64,000 bases of DNA from Octopus vulgaris (lineage: Eukaryota), in contig OX597817.1 of NCBI GenBank assembly GCA_951406725.2, positions 113,336,001 through 113,400,000 on the forward strand, in the 5' to 3' direction. Made by a program: the position numbers and the translations under genes. Position 1 is the first letter of the stretch. Every line of letters starts with the position of its first letter. Positions 13,753 through 26,985 of the stretch are shown one piece after another. Below the pieces are notes generated by a model that saw only the letters and a list, made by a program, of their open reading frames with translations, had not been told where the DNA came from and did not search any database.

Positions 13753-16700
13753 AGATCGGGGGAGGAGGTAAGTTGATTACATCAACTCCAACACTCAACT
13801 AGTACTTATTTTATCAATCCTGAAAGGATGAAAAGCAAAGTTGACTTTGGCAGAATTTGAACTCAGACCATAAAGACAAACGAAACACTACTAAGCATTT
13901 TGCCTGGCATGCTAATGATTCTGCCTGCTTACCATTTTACTCTTATATAAATATCAAAAATGTTACTGCTAACTCACATATTCATTTCTTTACTACCCAC
14001 AAGGGGCTAAACATAGAGGGGACAAACAAGACAGACAAAGGGATTAAGTCGATTACATCGAACCCAGTGCGAAACTGGTACTTTATTTATTGACCCCGAA
14101 AGGATGAAAGGCAAAGTCGACCTCAGCGGAATTTGAACTCAGAATGTAACGACAGACGAAATACCGCTAAGCATTTCGCCTGGCGCACTAACATTCCTGC
14201 CAGCTCACCATCTTACAAACATGTCTTTTCATGTGCCTGAGTGTATACATGAGAGTATGTATTATAGTGATATTTTAGCAATACCAATTTCCCCCGAGGA
14301 AACTGGAAAAATGACATAAATTTGTTTTTGCTTAAGTGAATTTTACTCAGCATCAGTCTTCTTCTACATAATATATTTAACTTCTATGCATGGCCAACCC
14401 TTATCCAGCTTATAACAATGACAGAAAACTGCTATTACTAACAGTTTCATTTACTACATAGAAACCCTTGCATAAGTATTGTTGTTTAATACCTGGTTAG
14501 CCTTGATCAAACAGACCTATGATCAAAGATTATTTAGCTATAGAAAATATAGATTCAACACCGATATTGAAGACAGAATGCAAAATAAGTTGCTACAGAT
14601 GATTTTATTCTAAAGAAAACATTCCATGGGAATATATATTTTCTACTTGCCTTTTGTAACTAGTTTCATTGAGACAAGGTCAAATATTGATTTTGGTATA
14701 AGGCCAGCAATTTAGGGGAAGGGAAAAAGTTGATTACTTCAACCCCAGTGCTCAACTGGGACTTATTTTGTTGACTCCAAAAGTATGAAAAGCACAGTCA
14801 ACCATGGCAGAATTTGAACTCAGAACATAAAGATGGACAAAATGTTGCTAAGCATTTTTCCCAGCATGCTAACGACCTTATTACAAGGTCAAATATTAAA
14901 ATACTGTTATAGATGTTAAAAGAACTTCAGTTTTGGAATCAAGGAATGTTGCAATCTGTACACATACAAGTGAGTCTGTATGTACACAAATGTGCATACA
15001 TGGATGATCATGGATGGAAGCCCAGTAAAAAGTTATGAGCACTGCCCTTACCACATTTAAAACAAAATAAACCTCACATTTTTTTTTTCAACAATTGATT
15101 TACAATGATTCATCCAACAATATCTTTTTTGATGCTCAGAAAGAAAAGTATGGCTGCTGAATGAATTCTCATTACTTGTGAAAAGACGTTGTTTTCACAT
15201 AGAATATCTTAATTAAATTGTTGGCATTATACAATGTTAGTTGTTCTTGTAATTTCTCTCTCTCTCTTTAAGAGAATCTGTTATTTATTATTAAAAGGAC
15301 TGAAAGGAATTAAGCAGCTGTGTAATTACAAAAAGGAAACATTTTAATATTCTAGGCATGAATCTAACTATAGATATTCATAGAAACCTATTTTTCCCAT
15401 CTTTATTTACTTCTTTGGAATAGGAAAAAAAGTTCATTACTATATTTCTCAGATACATGCATAAAAAAATACTTAATCCAATCAAAAGTTGCCATATATC
15501 ACCAGAAACATGTCTACCAATTCAAAGTTCAATGTCTGTATTCATAAAATGGAGAATTATTACTTGTCAGCTTCATTAGACTAATAATTTTCTCTTCAAT
15601 ATTTTTTTTAACACTGTGTTTCAATCAGTGTTTTTCTAGTCATTTTCAGGTGCAGCATTTTGGCTCAAATCTTTTCCTTGAGCTATGATTGATCTAAAGA
15701 AGAATTCCAGTCATCTTGTCCACAACACTTAGATTAAACTAATCTTTTTGATATTCAGCGAAGAAAATCTTGTCAGTATCTTGTCAATGGCTTGGTGTTG
15801 TACTCATGGCTACGTCATCTAATACTTAAACAATACAATTCAAATAGCTACCAGTAGAAACTATAAACTAGTTTACAGTAATGTAAGCAGTGGAAGCACT
15901 GTATTATTTTTAAGTCAGTTAGTGGCTTGTGGGAAAAGACTTGTATCTGACCAAAATTCAAAATGAAGCACTGACCCAATGAAAGACAGTGACCTATTGC
16001 AGAAAATTTTAATTCCCAACACTAGAGTGCAGCATCTCCCTCCCCATCCTTATTTTCCTCTCCAAGAGAAACCTGAAAAAATTTTTGAAGTTTTGCCAAA
16101 GGGGAAGCTACTTATTTTTAGTTCTTTCAATCCTGTCCACTATGGCCTCAAGACAGGAAAGCTATTTGCTCTCCCAGACCAAAGGAAATTGACAGAATAA
16201 GCCTATGAATCAACTCATTTGACAGCCACATCTGTTTGACACAAAACAACAGCTCTTCAACATAAAACCACAAATCAGAAACGCTTGCATACTGCAGAAC
16301 AAGTATATGCAGATCAGTTTTGTCATCCTGCATGCATCATAGACAACAGTGCTCACTGAGCCAGTAAAGTTTGTTTTGAATTGGCAATGTTCGCCTATAG
16401 CACAGCCAGATCAGAGATTTCTGGAAGTTGTTCTTTGTTCCTGGCTTAAAAATTCTCTAAAGTAGCCCATTCAGTTTACTGGTCTTTATCATAATAATTG
16501 CTTCTAATTTAGTCACAAAACTAGCAATTTTGAGAGGAAGGAGTTAATCAATAACATTAAGCTCAGTACTTGACTGAGCCAGTTAATCTAAATTAGAAAT
16601 TATTATTTATATTACTTGCTGTTGACCTGTTTAGACATATTTTTGATATCACTCTTAAGCCTGGATTCTAACAAGTTTAAATTGTATAAAAGAACAATTT

Positions 16701-17273
16701 TCGCATACTTGACTCGTGCTTTAGCTTATCAACCCAGAGAGATAAAAGGCAAAGTTGACTTTGGCAGGATTTGAACTTAGGATTTAAAAAACCAGAAGGC
16801 ATTTTTCCCTTATCTCTTGCATTTCTGCAGGCTCATCACCTTGATCTTTGTCATAAAATAATATATATAAGTGGCTGAATTCTTTTCAAGTGTTGGGCCT
16901 CATGGCGAGGTAGATGAGTTCCATTCAAGCGGGCCTCACAGAGTTGAGATGGCCGAGCTCCTCTCATTTGTTGGGCCTCATGGAGGCAATAACCAAGACC
17001 TTTGGCATTATGTTGTGCTTGAGAAGACCTGACCTATCAAGCCAAACAAAATTGCAGTCATGGCAGATACCAGTGTCATGTAAATGGCACCCGTGCTGGT
17101 GGAATGTAAAAGCACCTATTACACTCTCGGAGTGGTTGGTGTTAGGAAGGACATCCAGCTGTAGGAAACCATACCAAATCAGACAGGAGCCTGGTGCAGC
17201 TTTCCAGCATGCCAGTCCAATCAAACCATCAATGGGCAACGGATGTTAAATGATGATGATGATGATATATATA

Positions 17274-17647
17274 TCTCTCTATATATAAACGGCAGTTTGT
17301 CTGTGCGTGTTTCTGTGTGTCTGTTTGCTTGTACCCTCACCCTGACCACGGCTTTCAACCGATTCTGATGAAACTTGACACACACATAGCCCAATGTCAT
17401 AATTCAAAACTAACGCAGCGAAAATTTTGAAAAGTTCTGAAAAAAATCGATAAATTCGACATGGGGTCGAGAATCAGAAACACAAACCGCAAACTGTCTA
17501 GGGGACGCAACTCGACCTTTTTTAACTAAAAAAAAAATTTACCATCATTTTTTTCCATTTTTTTGCTATTTTTTGGCTATAACTCTCTAAAAATGCTTTA
17601 TAGTTATTTCCCTTACAAACCTGAGCAACGCCGGGCGATACTGCTAG
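17274..17647 (+). mobile_element. Non-autonomous Helitron
   Basis: 5' A|TC, 3' CTAG|T, subterminal GC hairpin CCTGAGCAACGCCGGG, no TSD. Related 5' ends on the minus strand near 522 and 42570. Confidence 0.85.
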
Positions 17648-18449
17648 TATATATATATATATATATATATATAAACACACACACAACAGGTTTCACACAG
17701 TTTCTGCTTACCAAATTCATTCACAAAGCATTGGTCAGCCAGAAACTATAGTAGAAAATACTTGACCAAAGGGTTGTGGAATAGGACTGATCCTGAAACC
17801 ACATAATTGCAATGCAACCTTCTGAACCACACAGCCATGCCTGTGAACATTGAACACATAAGTATAAATATTAGTTACTAAGAGGGTCGGGTCGAGGGTC
17901 TACTGAAAAGTTCAAGTTAATGAAGTGTTCTTTATATTAGATATTAGTCTCAGCATGTTGTAGTTGGGTGAGGCAGTACAATGTTAGTTTACCAATCAAA
18001 GACTCAAGTGTTCATGTCACATTTATGGCCCTGATGTGTTTGTGTAGCATAAATACTTGTTTCATGTTGTATCAGATCAACTGCTTTTCTATAAGTAATG
18101 AAGGAGCTTACAGTTCCCAGCTGGAAATAGCAGTAGTATAGAAAATTGATGACGTCTTTATTGACATGCCTTTAGGTAGGGAATAGAGTCAATTGTCTTT
18201 GCCAAGGATCCAGTGTAGCTGAGATGATGTGCACAGAGTATTCTATTCACAGCCAACAATTCTACACCTTATCAACATAGCTAGCTATGTGTGATGTGAG
18301 TGGTATGTATGTGAGAGATAGAGAGAGAGAGTGTGTGTGTGTGTGTGTGAAAGTGTTTACGCACATGTGCATACATTACATGCATGCACACACACACTTA
18401 CATGCATACACATACATACACACACATGCACATACATACTTACATAATA

Positions 18450-18755
18450 CCACTACCACATGATATTGCTAAAGCAATATACAAAGCCAACGCATAGAAA
18501 GACTGCCCTCGGATAAATATAGACAATGCTCCTGTTGTTGAACGCATATATGTGTCAGATCAACACAAAAAATATTGGTGGATCTTTCACATCAAAAATT
18601 TAAACCAAACTGCAAGCACACCAGGCCTTATATAGTCATTTGGAACAGGAAAGAAAAATCATGTACACTCATAGAGGTCAGCTGCCTGCAGATGTGAACA
18701 TTTCATCTGATATCAGTGAAAAGGAAGATGCTTTTGAACAACTGCTTTGAAAGAT
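18450..18755 (+). mobile_element. Fragment of an RLE-type (R4/NeSL-like) non-LTR retrotransposon
   Basis: Decayed ..PHDIAKAIY..KYWW..CKHTRPYIVIWNRKEKSCTLIEVSC.., resembling a PD-(D/E)xK restriction-like endonuclease. Confidence 0.65.
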
Positions 18756-18927
18756 GTATACAAAATGCATATTTATAGACCAGTGAAAATATCCATAACT
18801 TTTCTGAAGATTGGCATGTGCAGCTTTTCATCAACTTTCACAATATCAATAGTCAATCAAACCATCATCTGCAACACCATCAACTGACTTAATTATTTAT
18901 GTCCTTGCAAGTACTAATATTCTAGAC

Positions 18928-19230
18928 CAGTGGTTCTTGACCAGTCCACATAAGATTTTGGTGGGACCATGCAAGCAAAATAGTAAATCAGGGATCCATG
19001 GTAGTATTTTAAGGGTTCATGAAAAATTTTTACTTTAGATGTAATTTATTGCAAGAAACAGCAAAATGTCTTTCTCAAACATTTTACATAATTCAAACTA
19101 TACAAGTGAATGTGTGAAAAACAAAATAGGAATTTTGGAAGAAGTCTCTAAAAACAAGTTTTTAAACATTGAATAGTTTATGGGAGCCCACCAGAATAAA
19201 ATAGGAATTAAATAAAAAAAATATCCACTG
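18928..19230. mobile_element. hAT-type MITE
   Basis: Termini CAGTGGTTCT..CCACTG; perfect 8-bp TSD TTCTAGAC on both sides. Confidence 0.88.
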
Positions 19231-21339
19231 TTCTAGACCCGCAACCCAATCATGTGCTTCATTGCCAAAAACCATAATTTCTGTCTGCATGTACAACACC
19301 CACACCTCACTTGGGTTCAGTACCCTTCCACCAGACATCCTGCTAGAGTTTTGGAATTTCTGCTTTTCACAAAGTGACTTGCACAAGTGACACCAAAGCA
19401 ACCAGTAAACTTCTCTTCCTCTTATCATTTACATATATTTTATTGATATTTAGCAGAAGTAACAGAGTAACTCATGGTCTGAGAGTTTCTTGCATAACTA
19501 TTGGACTTTGAGTCACTCTATTACTTCTGCTAATTATAAAAATATACATATACATATATTTTGAGGTCTATTTTTCCTGTTTGCATCAACATACCTTTAT
19601 ATATATCGCCTTACTAGCATCTGTGCAGGTGGCATGTGTAAAAAGATTCAAGCAAGGTTGTTGCCAGTACCGCCTGACTGGCCCTCATACTGGTAGCACA
19701 TAAAAGCACCCACTACACTCTTGGAGTAGTTGGTGTTAGGAAGGGCATCCAGCTGAAGAAACACTGCCAGATCAAGATTGGAGCCTGGTGCAGCCATCTG
19801 GTTTGCCAGCCCTCAGTCAAATCGTCCAACCCATGCTAGCATGGAAAGCGGACGTTAAACGATGATGATGATGATATATATATATACACACACACATCCT
19901 AATGAAGGCTAGCAGGTCATAACTTCAAAGTCACTCTCAACCTACTTCTTGTAAAAGTATAATAAACATGTTGGGTAATACTTCAGTTTAATGTTAGATT
20001 GTTTTTATTATAACTTAACACAAAACAGACAATTTATATATATAAATTGTTATAGGAGTAATTATGACAAAACTATATCATTTGAAAGTGTTTCACCCTT
20101 TTGAGAGTTATGCTGCAAAAATTTCTCTCTTCTTGAAATTTGACTAGCCAAAATTTCAAATCTGTACACACAGAGATTGGAAATGAAAAACACTACTTGT
20201 ATGACAGTGACACTCATTTACAACTAGTGCATGATGTCAAGACAAGGAGACATGCACAGTCACACACATATATTTTATATTTCATTGACCAATATATTAT
20301 TGGTTATGGCATAGAACTGGTGAGAATGTTACCACTGGTCTCATGTTGACTACAACAGTAGGCAATATTGATGACTTTTCAGATATGCTGGCCTGTAAAA
20401 CATAACTGGCAAAAACAACAGCGTATCAAAATATAACCACTTTATTACTCATATCAAGTGTGCTATTTTTGACTTACGGACAACTAACTGATAATTATTA
20501 TCATATAACATCCCCTTCTCCATCCTCACATGGGTCAGATATTGTTTAGTTGAGTCAGATTTTCGAAGACCAGATGCCCTTTGTGAAGTCAACCCTCACC
20601 TGTTTCCAAGGTAATATTTCCCCACGTCCAGAATGTTGGAAATGAATGATGCTGTTTTGATGACAGTGACACACATTTACAACTAACATGCAATATGGAG
20701 ACTAGAAAACACAAAAAACAAACATACATATATACAATCTTTCAGTTTTACCATTTACCAAATCCACACACAAGGCTTTGGTTGACCTGGAACTGTAGCA
20801 AAAACCACTTGCCCAAGGTGTCATGTAGTGGAACTGAACCCAGAACCATGTGCTTCTTACCACACAGCCATGCCAATGTCTCCAGAACCATGTGGTTGGA
20901 AAGCAAACTTCTTACCACTCAGTCACGCTTATATGTGACAGACTTTTAGTTTCTGTCAACCAAATCCACTCATAAGTCTGGTCAGAAGACACTTTACCAA
21001 ATGTCAAGTTGTGGGGTTGAAACTGAAACCATGTTTGAGAAACAAACTTTTTAAGCACATATCTGTGCCTATAACCATGCTTGGATATGTATCTTCTGTT
21101 TTATTTATTTGAAGTCTTTCTGTAAGAAAAGAGCTGTTTTATAACAAAGATTCAAAGCTCTATCATTGAAATATACATAACTAAAAACAAATTTACATTT
21201 AAAACTTGAGGAAAGTTTTGCAGATTTTTATTCTTCCACTTACAGATTGTGTTTGAAATGAACATGTTTGATGGTTGATTTCTTTTTCTGAAAACCCCAG
21301 CCTTTTATGTATTTACTCACAAAAGTAAGTGCACCAATT

Positions 21340-21720
21340 ATTATTGATATAAATGAGAATTTATAATCTGGATACAGAAGCTAAACATTTTGAAGAAGTT
21401 GTTTGTAGTTATCCTCTTCTTGATTTTTGAAGAGATAGACCAACAGGGCAGCTGACCTCTATGACAGTACATCTTTTTCTTGTTTGTCCCAAACAATGAT
21501 ATCTAGCCTGTTATGTTTGCATTTGGTACAAGTTTTGATGGGAATGTTCTTCCAATATTCCTTGTGTTGTTTTTTTATGTACGTATTCAATAACAGTAGG
21601 GTTATTTATGCCAGGATAGTCCTTTTTGGATGACATTGTATATTAATATCATGTCACATTGGGTGGTAGTACCTTGGTGACATTTGGATAGCTGCTGATC
21701 ACAATTGTCTCTTTTGGTTA
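21340..21720 (-). mobile_element. Second RLE-type non-LTR fragment, apparently the same family
   Basis: Minus strand KEYWKNIPIKTCTKCKHNRLDIIVWDKQEK, preceded by a decayed RHD/zinc-knuckle region. Confidence 0.6.
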
Positions 21721-22549
21721 TGAGGTATCTTGAAGCAATCTCCTACTTTTAGATTGAAGTGTGATGTATGTGTGAGTGAATGCATATCAGGTGGCAATGC
21801 CAAGGGCTAATCACTCAGCCTGAATAACACCCTACCCCACATGCAATTTGTCAGTGTGGACAGACAGGTCTACAACCTGTATAGACAAGCCAGCAATGAT
21901 ATACAAAGGTTTCGACATTCACTTTTCAATGAATGAATGGACATAGGTATTAAATAAAGGTGTAACTTCGGTGTAAGTACCGGATACATTTCAAGAAAGT
22001 GTTTTTTTTTTTTTTTAAATATGGGGGAGTTAGGGTTGGGAGAAAAGGATTTCTGTTATCTTCAGAAATGTAAACAAAGTCACGTGTGTACTTATACCGA
22101 AGGATCGCCTAAATAAAATAACAAATATACGTCCCTGCAACTGAGATGATAAAATGGTTGGTATGTAAACATTTGATGCAAGCGATAAAAAAAAAAACCT
22201 CCTTCGACTGTTCCGGTATGGAACTAAAACATCACTATTTTCAAATTGTAAACATTGACGAAAAAGAAAAGCTTAGTATTGGCCCAAATTTCACCTCAAA
22301 TAATTTAAACATAAGCAAAATAATGTAACATGTTGGAGATAGATGCAGCTGCACAAGTAGCTGAATTAAAATTAGATGAGTGTTTTTTTTTTACTATAGA
22401 TTTTTTATATTTGGAAGCAGCTTTGAAATAAAATTAACAAGACATAGGTAGAAAACAAAATATTTTTATTTATTTTTAAACTCGGTTGTTTTGGGAGCTG
22501 TCTTTTGTTACTTTTTCAAATTCGTTTCTATAAACAGTAGATATTTTTT

Positions 22550-24052
22550 TCATACCTTACAACTGCCATAATATCTTGGGAAAGGAATAGTGTCTTTAAT
22601 AGAAGAGATATTAAAAAGATATTGCATATATCTTTCAAACCCAAGCCCAAACCCGCCGTGTTTTGTGTTACCGAATCTCCGTAAGTCAAGATACCAACTA
22701 TATTGTTTATCTAAAGATAATTCCTTTAACCTTTTTTCGAGAATAGGTAACCTTTCTTCCCTCATACTACCGCCAATCAATTCCCCTATTTCTGGAACAA
22801 GGAGATCCACAGCAGCAACGGTTTGTCCATCATCGTTTACTCGAGCATAGAAAGGTTTAATTTCAAGAGGGAAACCGAATACAAATACCGGTGTGTTTTC
22901 CAAATAACTCACCAAAAACTTTTCGTGTTCTTTTTTCAAGTCGTCACCCCAACGAATGGGGAAAATGAATTTCTCGTTATATTTCATCAATAAATTAATC
23001 GCATCTGTATAGGATATTTTCTGAAAATCAAGGTCTTTCATATTTTCAAGCATTTCTCTGTATTTTTCTGGCATCTGGTTAAAAAAGAAATTCATATCTG
23101 TGATATGTTTATCTTGTAACTGTTTAAAGGTAGATTTAATAAGACTTTGTAGAATAGTCATTAGTCCATCAAGACCATTGTCCAGAAATGCTATTTCGGC
23201 TTCAACCATATAAAATTCTGCTAAATGAAGTTTACCAGTTGACTTTTCAGCTCGGTATGTTGGCCCAAAACTATAACAACGACGAAAAGACCCACAAATA
23301 GCTTCTAAATGGAGTTGTCCTGAAACAGTTAAATATGTATTTTGGTTAAAGAAATTTTTGTTTTTAACAGTTTCTAATTTAGATTGATTATTAGATGCAA
23401 CAGAGTCAACAAGAAATACTTCACCAGCTCCTTCGCAGTCAGATGGTGTCAGAATTGGTGTATGAATAAAACAGTACCCATTGTTTTGGAAATAATCATG
23501 TACAGCCATTGACAAAGCATTTCTCATCCTCAGGACAGCACTAAAATAATTCGTACGTGGTCTCAAATGAAGATAATCCCTGACATAATCAAGCGTGTGT
23601 TTTCTCCTTGCTTTGAATGGGTAGAGGTGAGGATCGCAATCTCCAAGGACATGAATTTTGCCAGCTTCAACTTCAACGGCATGATTTGATGAAGGACTCG
23701 AGATAAGTTTCCCTTCAACTAATACACTGCTACCGTATTTTGCTTCGCAGTCATCATACACATGTGCATTGCATACTACTTGTATATGGTTGCTAATAGA
23801 TCCGTCAGAGAGTTGGAGGAACACGAAGTTCTTATGTTTTCTTAATGAGCGAATCCAACCAGTTAGAGTCACGTTGGGACTGTTTTGGTTAGATGCTGTA
23901 TTTTGAAGTATTTCTTGGATAGAAGATCGGTGCGTTGAGAAAACTCGACGAGAGAGAGAGTTCCAAGTGAACAAGTAATTTGGTTTCCTCGAAGACAGAT
24001 TTTTTAGTCTATGCGGATGTAAAAAGCCACGGAGTACGGACCAGGACGTCAT
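22550..24052 (-). CDS. NARS2: Mitochondrial asparaginyl-tRNA synthetase, single coding exon, 500 aa
   Basis: Intact ORF with OB-fold anticodon-binding N-terminus (GWIRSLRKHKNFVFLQLSDGS), HLRPRT, TPILTPSDCEGAGEVF, YLTVSGQLHLE, motif 2 GPTYRAEKS..HLAEFYMVEAE and motif 3 HGGFGLGFER. The Arg/Ser/Leu-rich, acid-free N-terminus resembles a mitochondrial presequence. Confidence 0.96.
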   Translation of the reverse strand: MTSWSVLRGFLHPHRLKNLSSRKPNYLFTWNSLSRRVFSTHRSSIQEILQNTASNQNSPNVTLTGWIRSLRKHKNFVFLQLSDGSISNHIQVVCNAHVYDDCEAKYGSSVLVEGKLISSPSSNHAVEVEAGKIHVLGDCDPHLYPFKARRKHTLDYVRDYLHLRPRTNYFSAVLRMRNALSMAVHDYFQNNGYCFIHTPILTPSDCEGAGEVFLVDSVASNNQSKLETVKNKNFFNQNTYLTVSGQLHLEAICGSFRRCYSFGPTYRAEKSTGKLHLAEFYMVEAEIAFLDNGLDGLMTILQSLIKSTFKQLQDKHITDMNFFFNQMPEKYREMLENMKDLDFQKISYTDAINLLMKYNEKFIFPIRWGDDLKKEHEKFLVSYLENTPVFVFGFPLEIKPFYARVNDDGQTVAAVDLLVPEIGELIGGSMREERLPILEKRLKELSLDKQYSWYLDLRRFGNTKHGGFGLGFERYMQYLFNISSIKDTIPFPRYYGSCKV

Positions 24053-24214
24053 GTTTTCAAATAATTTTGCTTAATTATCTACCTTAGCGTTAAGCGAGGA
24101 GAGTAGTTTCCCCTTATAAATATGGCAGCTTGTCAGGAGGTTGTACATGGCTAAGTAGCCTCTCAATAAAGAATAATATTTGTATATTATTTTCTTCCTT
24201 CACCCGGTAAAAAC
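24053..24214. promoter_or_regulatory. Compact bidirectional promoter and 5' UTR region between NARS2 and RMC1
   Basis: Divergent ATGs at 24052(-) and 24215(+), 162 bp apart, no repeats between them; TATA-like CTTATAAA at about 24113-24120. Confidence 0.65.
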
Positions 24215-24343
24215 ATGGCAAACTCTACTTCATCACAAGTAGCTGAAGAAGGAAGTTATTATTTACAGCTAAACAAGAATCCAATAAGGTTTGAACCTGT
24301 CAGTAAGGTTACAAATGTATTTTTCGATGATTCTAACAAACAG
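24215..24343 (+). CDS. RMC1: RMC1 (regulator of MON1-CCZ1, C18orf8/Mic1) coding exon 1
   Basis: MANSTSSQVAEEGSYYLQLNKNPIRFEPVSKVTNVFFDDSNKQ matches the RMC1 N-terminus as recalled (YYLEL..PVQFE..VFFDEANKQ); donor CAG|gtacgt, phase 0. Confidence 0.93.
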
Positions 24344-26564
24344 GTACGTAGTTCGGTATCTAACAAATATTGTGCTAATTCATTTGCTTGTTTTCGATAT
24401 AGCCTTTACATTAAATTGGTATTTAACTATATATTATCAGATCTTTCTATTAAAATATTTATTAAAGTTTCAGAAACGATATTTATATTCTCCAGTCTCA
24501 GTAGTTGATAAAAAAAAAGTCTTTTTGAAACCTGGAAGCCTTTGGTTGTTTTCTCGTTTGAGAATATAAACAGCGAAGGAACAACAACTTAAATTGAGTT
24601 TTAAGAATTTATTAGTCTCTACGATATTTTTGTCTTCCATTATAATTCTAAGTACAATTAGGATGCTTTATAGCAGTGGTTCTCAGATGGAGCGATATTT
24701 AACCCCTGGGGGCGTTGTGAGTTCAATCGGGGGTGGGATGGGACAAACGTTAAGGTGTTACTATAGGAGCGTTAGAAATAAAGTATTTAAACTCTTATAT
24801 GTTCAACGCATTAAAAACTATTGTTAGGTTCAGAATATGAGTCGGACAGTGTGTTATACAGGAAGCAAAAAACATTGCTGATAATGCACCACTATACAAA
24901 ATAACCTGTTTGATTAAAATGTTTTAATTTTTTTCTCTTTTCACCAAACATTAAATTGACTTCTCCATACTTTTACTTTATCGATCCCAAAAGGATGTAA
25001 TTGTTATCATTTCACTGATATAAAACAATTCTTTAAAAAACAAATTTTTTAAATTAACATTTTTTGTATTGTCAACCGTACGTAGCGCTATAGATACGAC
25101 ATCTCTGTCAATTGAGGAGATTTTAATGAAGTCATTTGAAATTACATTCTGTTGAATATTATAACGGCTTTGTTACTCCATGTTACAACAATACCAGTAA
25201 AATGTTACATAATTACTCACTGACAATGTTTTTAAGGGTCTGAATGGGGTACATGGCAGATGCAAATGTTTAAAACCTCGAATGAGTACCTACGCGGAAG
25301 ATCTTTATTTCTATTTCGTATAGCTAAGTTCTGTAACTATTTGCTGCTAACCAAATAGGAAAACCCATGCACTGCTAACTTCAGTAATTCCATTGTCCCT
25401 TCTTGGTTACTCTTCCTCCGTTTCTGTGAACCACACTTCAAATCCTGTTAGTTTTCTTTGAATCCTTAATCTTTGGTGTCTTTTAGTCTTGTGGTGCTTT
25501 TGGCGTTACAGCCATGTTATACATATGTATGTTATTCAGGAAGCACATTGTTCTGTGAGTTATACTTAAGGACTTAAAATTAGCAAATGTAATAGGTCTC
25601 TTGTCAAACTAAGAAGAGTGATAGTCCAGAATAATTATACAATACTTCTTTGCCCTGAACGCTAGGCTAAAACCAGCTCATTTTCCTACTAACAAGCAAC
25701 ACCAAGGAATATTCATCTCAATATGAAGCTTTGTGATAACTGATCAACATATAGCTTTTTTCGTTTGTTATTACTACCTGTTCTTACAAGTGCCACTTGC
25801 TTAAACCCCTCAGCATCTTTCTGACATATAGTATTGGTATGATTAGATGATAAAAGCAGGACTCTCATTTTAGAACATGCCAAAAATGAGTTCCATACTT
25901 ATATTCCTGACTTAATTTACCCTTCATTACCAGATATTCCACTTCTGTGTTTCCATACCACTGCAAAAAGTAACTAAACTTTGAAGATATATGGAAGGTG
26001 GTTAAATCTAACTGGAAACAAAAGCTGTCTGAGCTTCATCTTTTGATCCAATCCATGTGCAAACACATTGGCATAAGAGTGACATCATCATCATCGTTTA
26101 ACGTCCACTTTCCATGCTAGCATGGGTTGGATGATTTGACTGAGATGAAGCTCAGATAGCTTTTGTTTCCAGTTAGATTTAACCAACTGCAAAAAGTAAC
26201 TTCAAAGTTTAGTTACTTTTTGCAGTGGCATGGAAACACAATAATCGTAATTATGATTATGACAATTGTTGCAGTTATCATTATCTTATCAATCACAAAA
26301 GAATTTTAAAAAGAAGCATTCCACTGTTTTAACAGTTGACCTATAAGAAAATGAATAAAATATCTTTGCCTAATTAATATCTTTGCAATGCTATTGATGT
26401 TCTTTAACATTGAGAAACTATTTGTGTGCATTCTATCTTTAACACATACCTTGAGTATCTTCTATTGTGACCCTGAGCTCTGACAAATACCTCGTGAGGG
26501 AATTTGGTAGGTGCAAACTGAAAGAAACCTTTCCTGTATACATGTGTGTGTGTTTGTATATTCT

Positions 26565-26780
26565 ATTACTTGTTTCAATCATTTGACTATGGCCATGCTA
26601 GAGTACCACCTTAAGGGGTTTTAGTTGAACAAATCCATCCCAGGACTTATTCTTTGTAAGCTTAGCACTTATTCTATCAATCTCCTTTGTTGAATTGTTA
26701 AGTTATGGGAATGTAAACACCAACATCGGCTGTCGAGCAATGGTGTTGGGTGAAGGACAAACGCAGACTCAGACACACAA

Positions 26781-26836
<56 letters not shown>

Positions 26837-26985
26837 CGGGCTTCTTTCATTTTATGTCTACCAAATCCACTCACAAGGCTTTGGTCAGCTTGAGGCTATA
26901 GTAGAAGACACTTGTTCAAGGTACCATGCAGTGGGACTGAACCCAGAACCATGTGATTGGGAAGCAAGCTTCTTACCACACAGCC
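26565..26985 (-). mobile_element. tRNA-derived SINE (family B) with adjoining repeat segment
   Basis: Minus-strand head TGGCTGTGTGGTAAGAAGCTTGCTTCCCAATCACATGGTTCTGGGTTCAGTCCCACTGC. Related copies at about 1545-1700, 17685-17842, 20740-20930 and 63470-63612. Confidence 0.8.
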
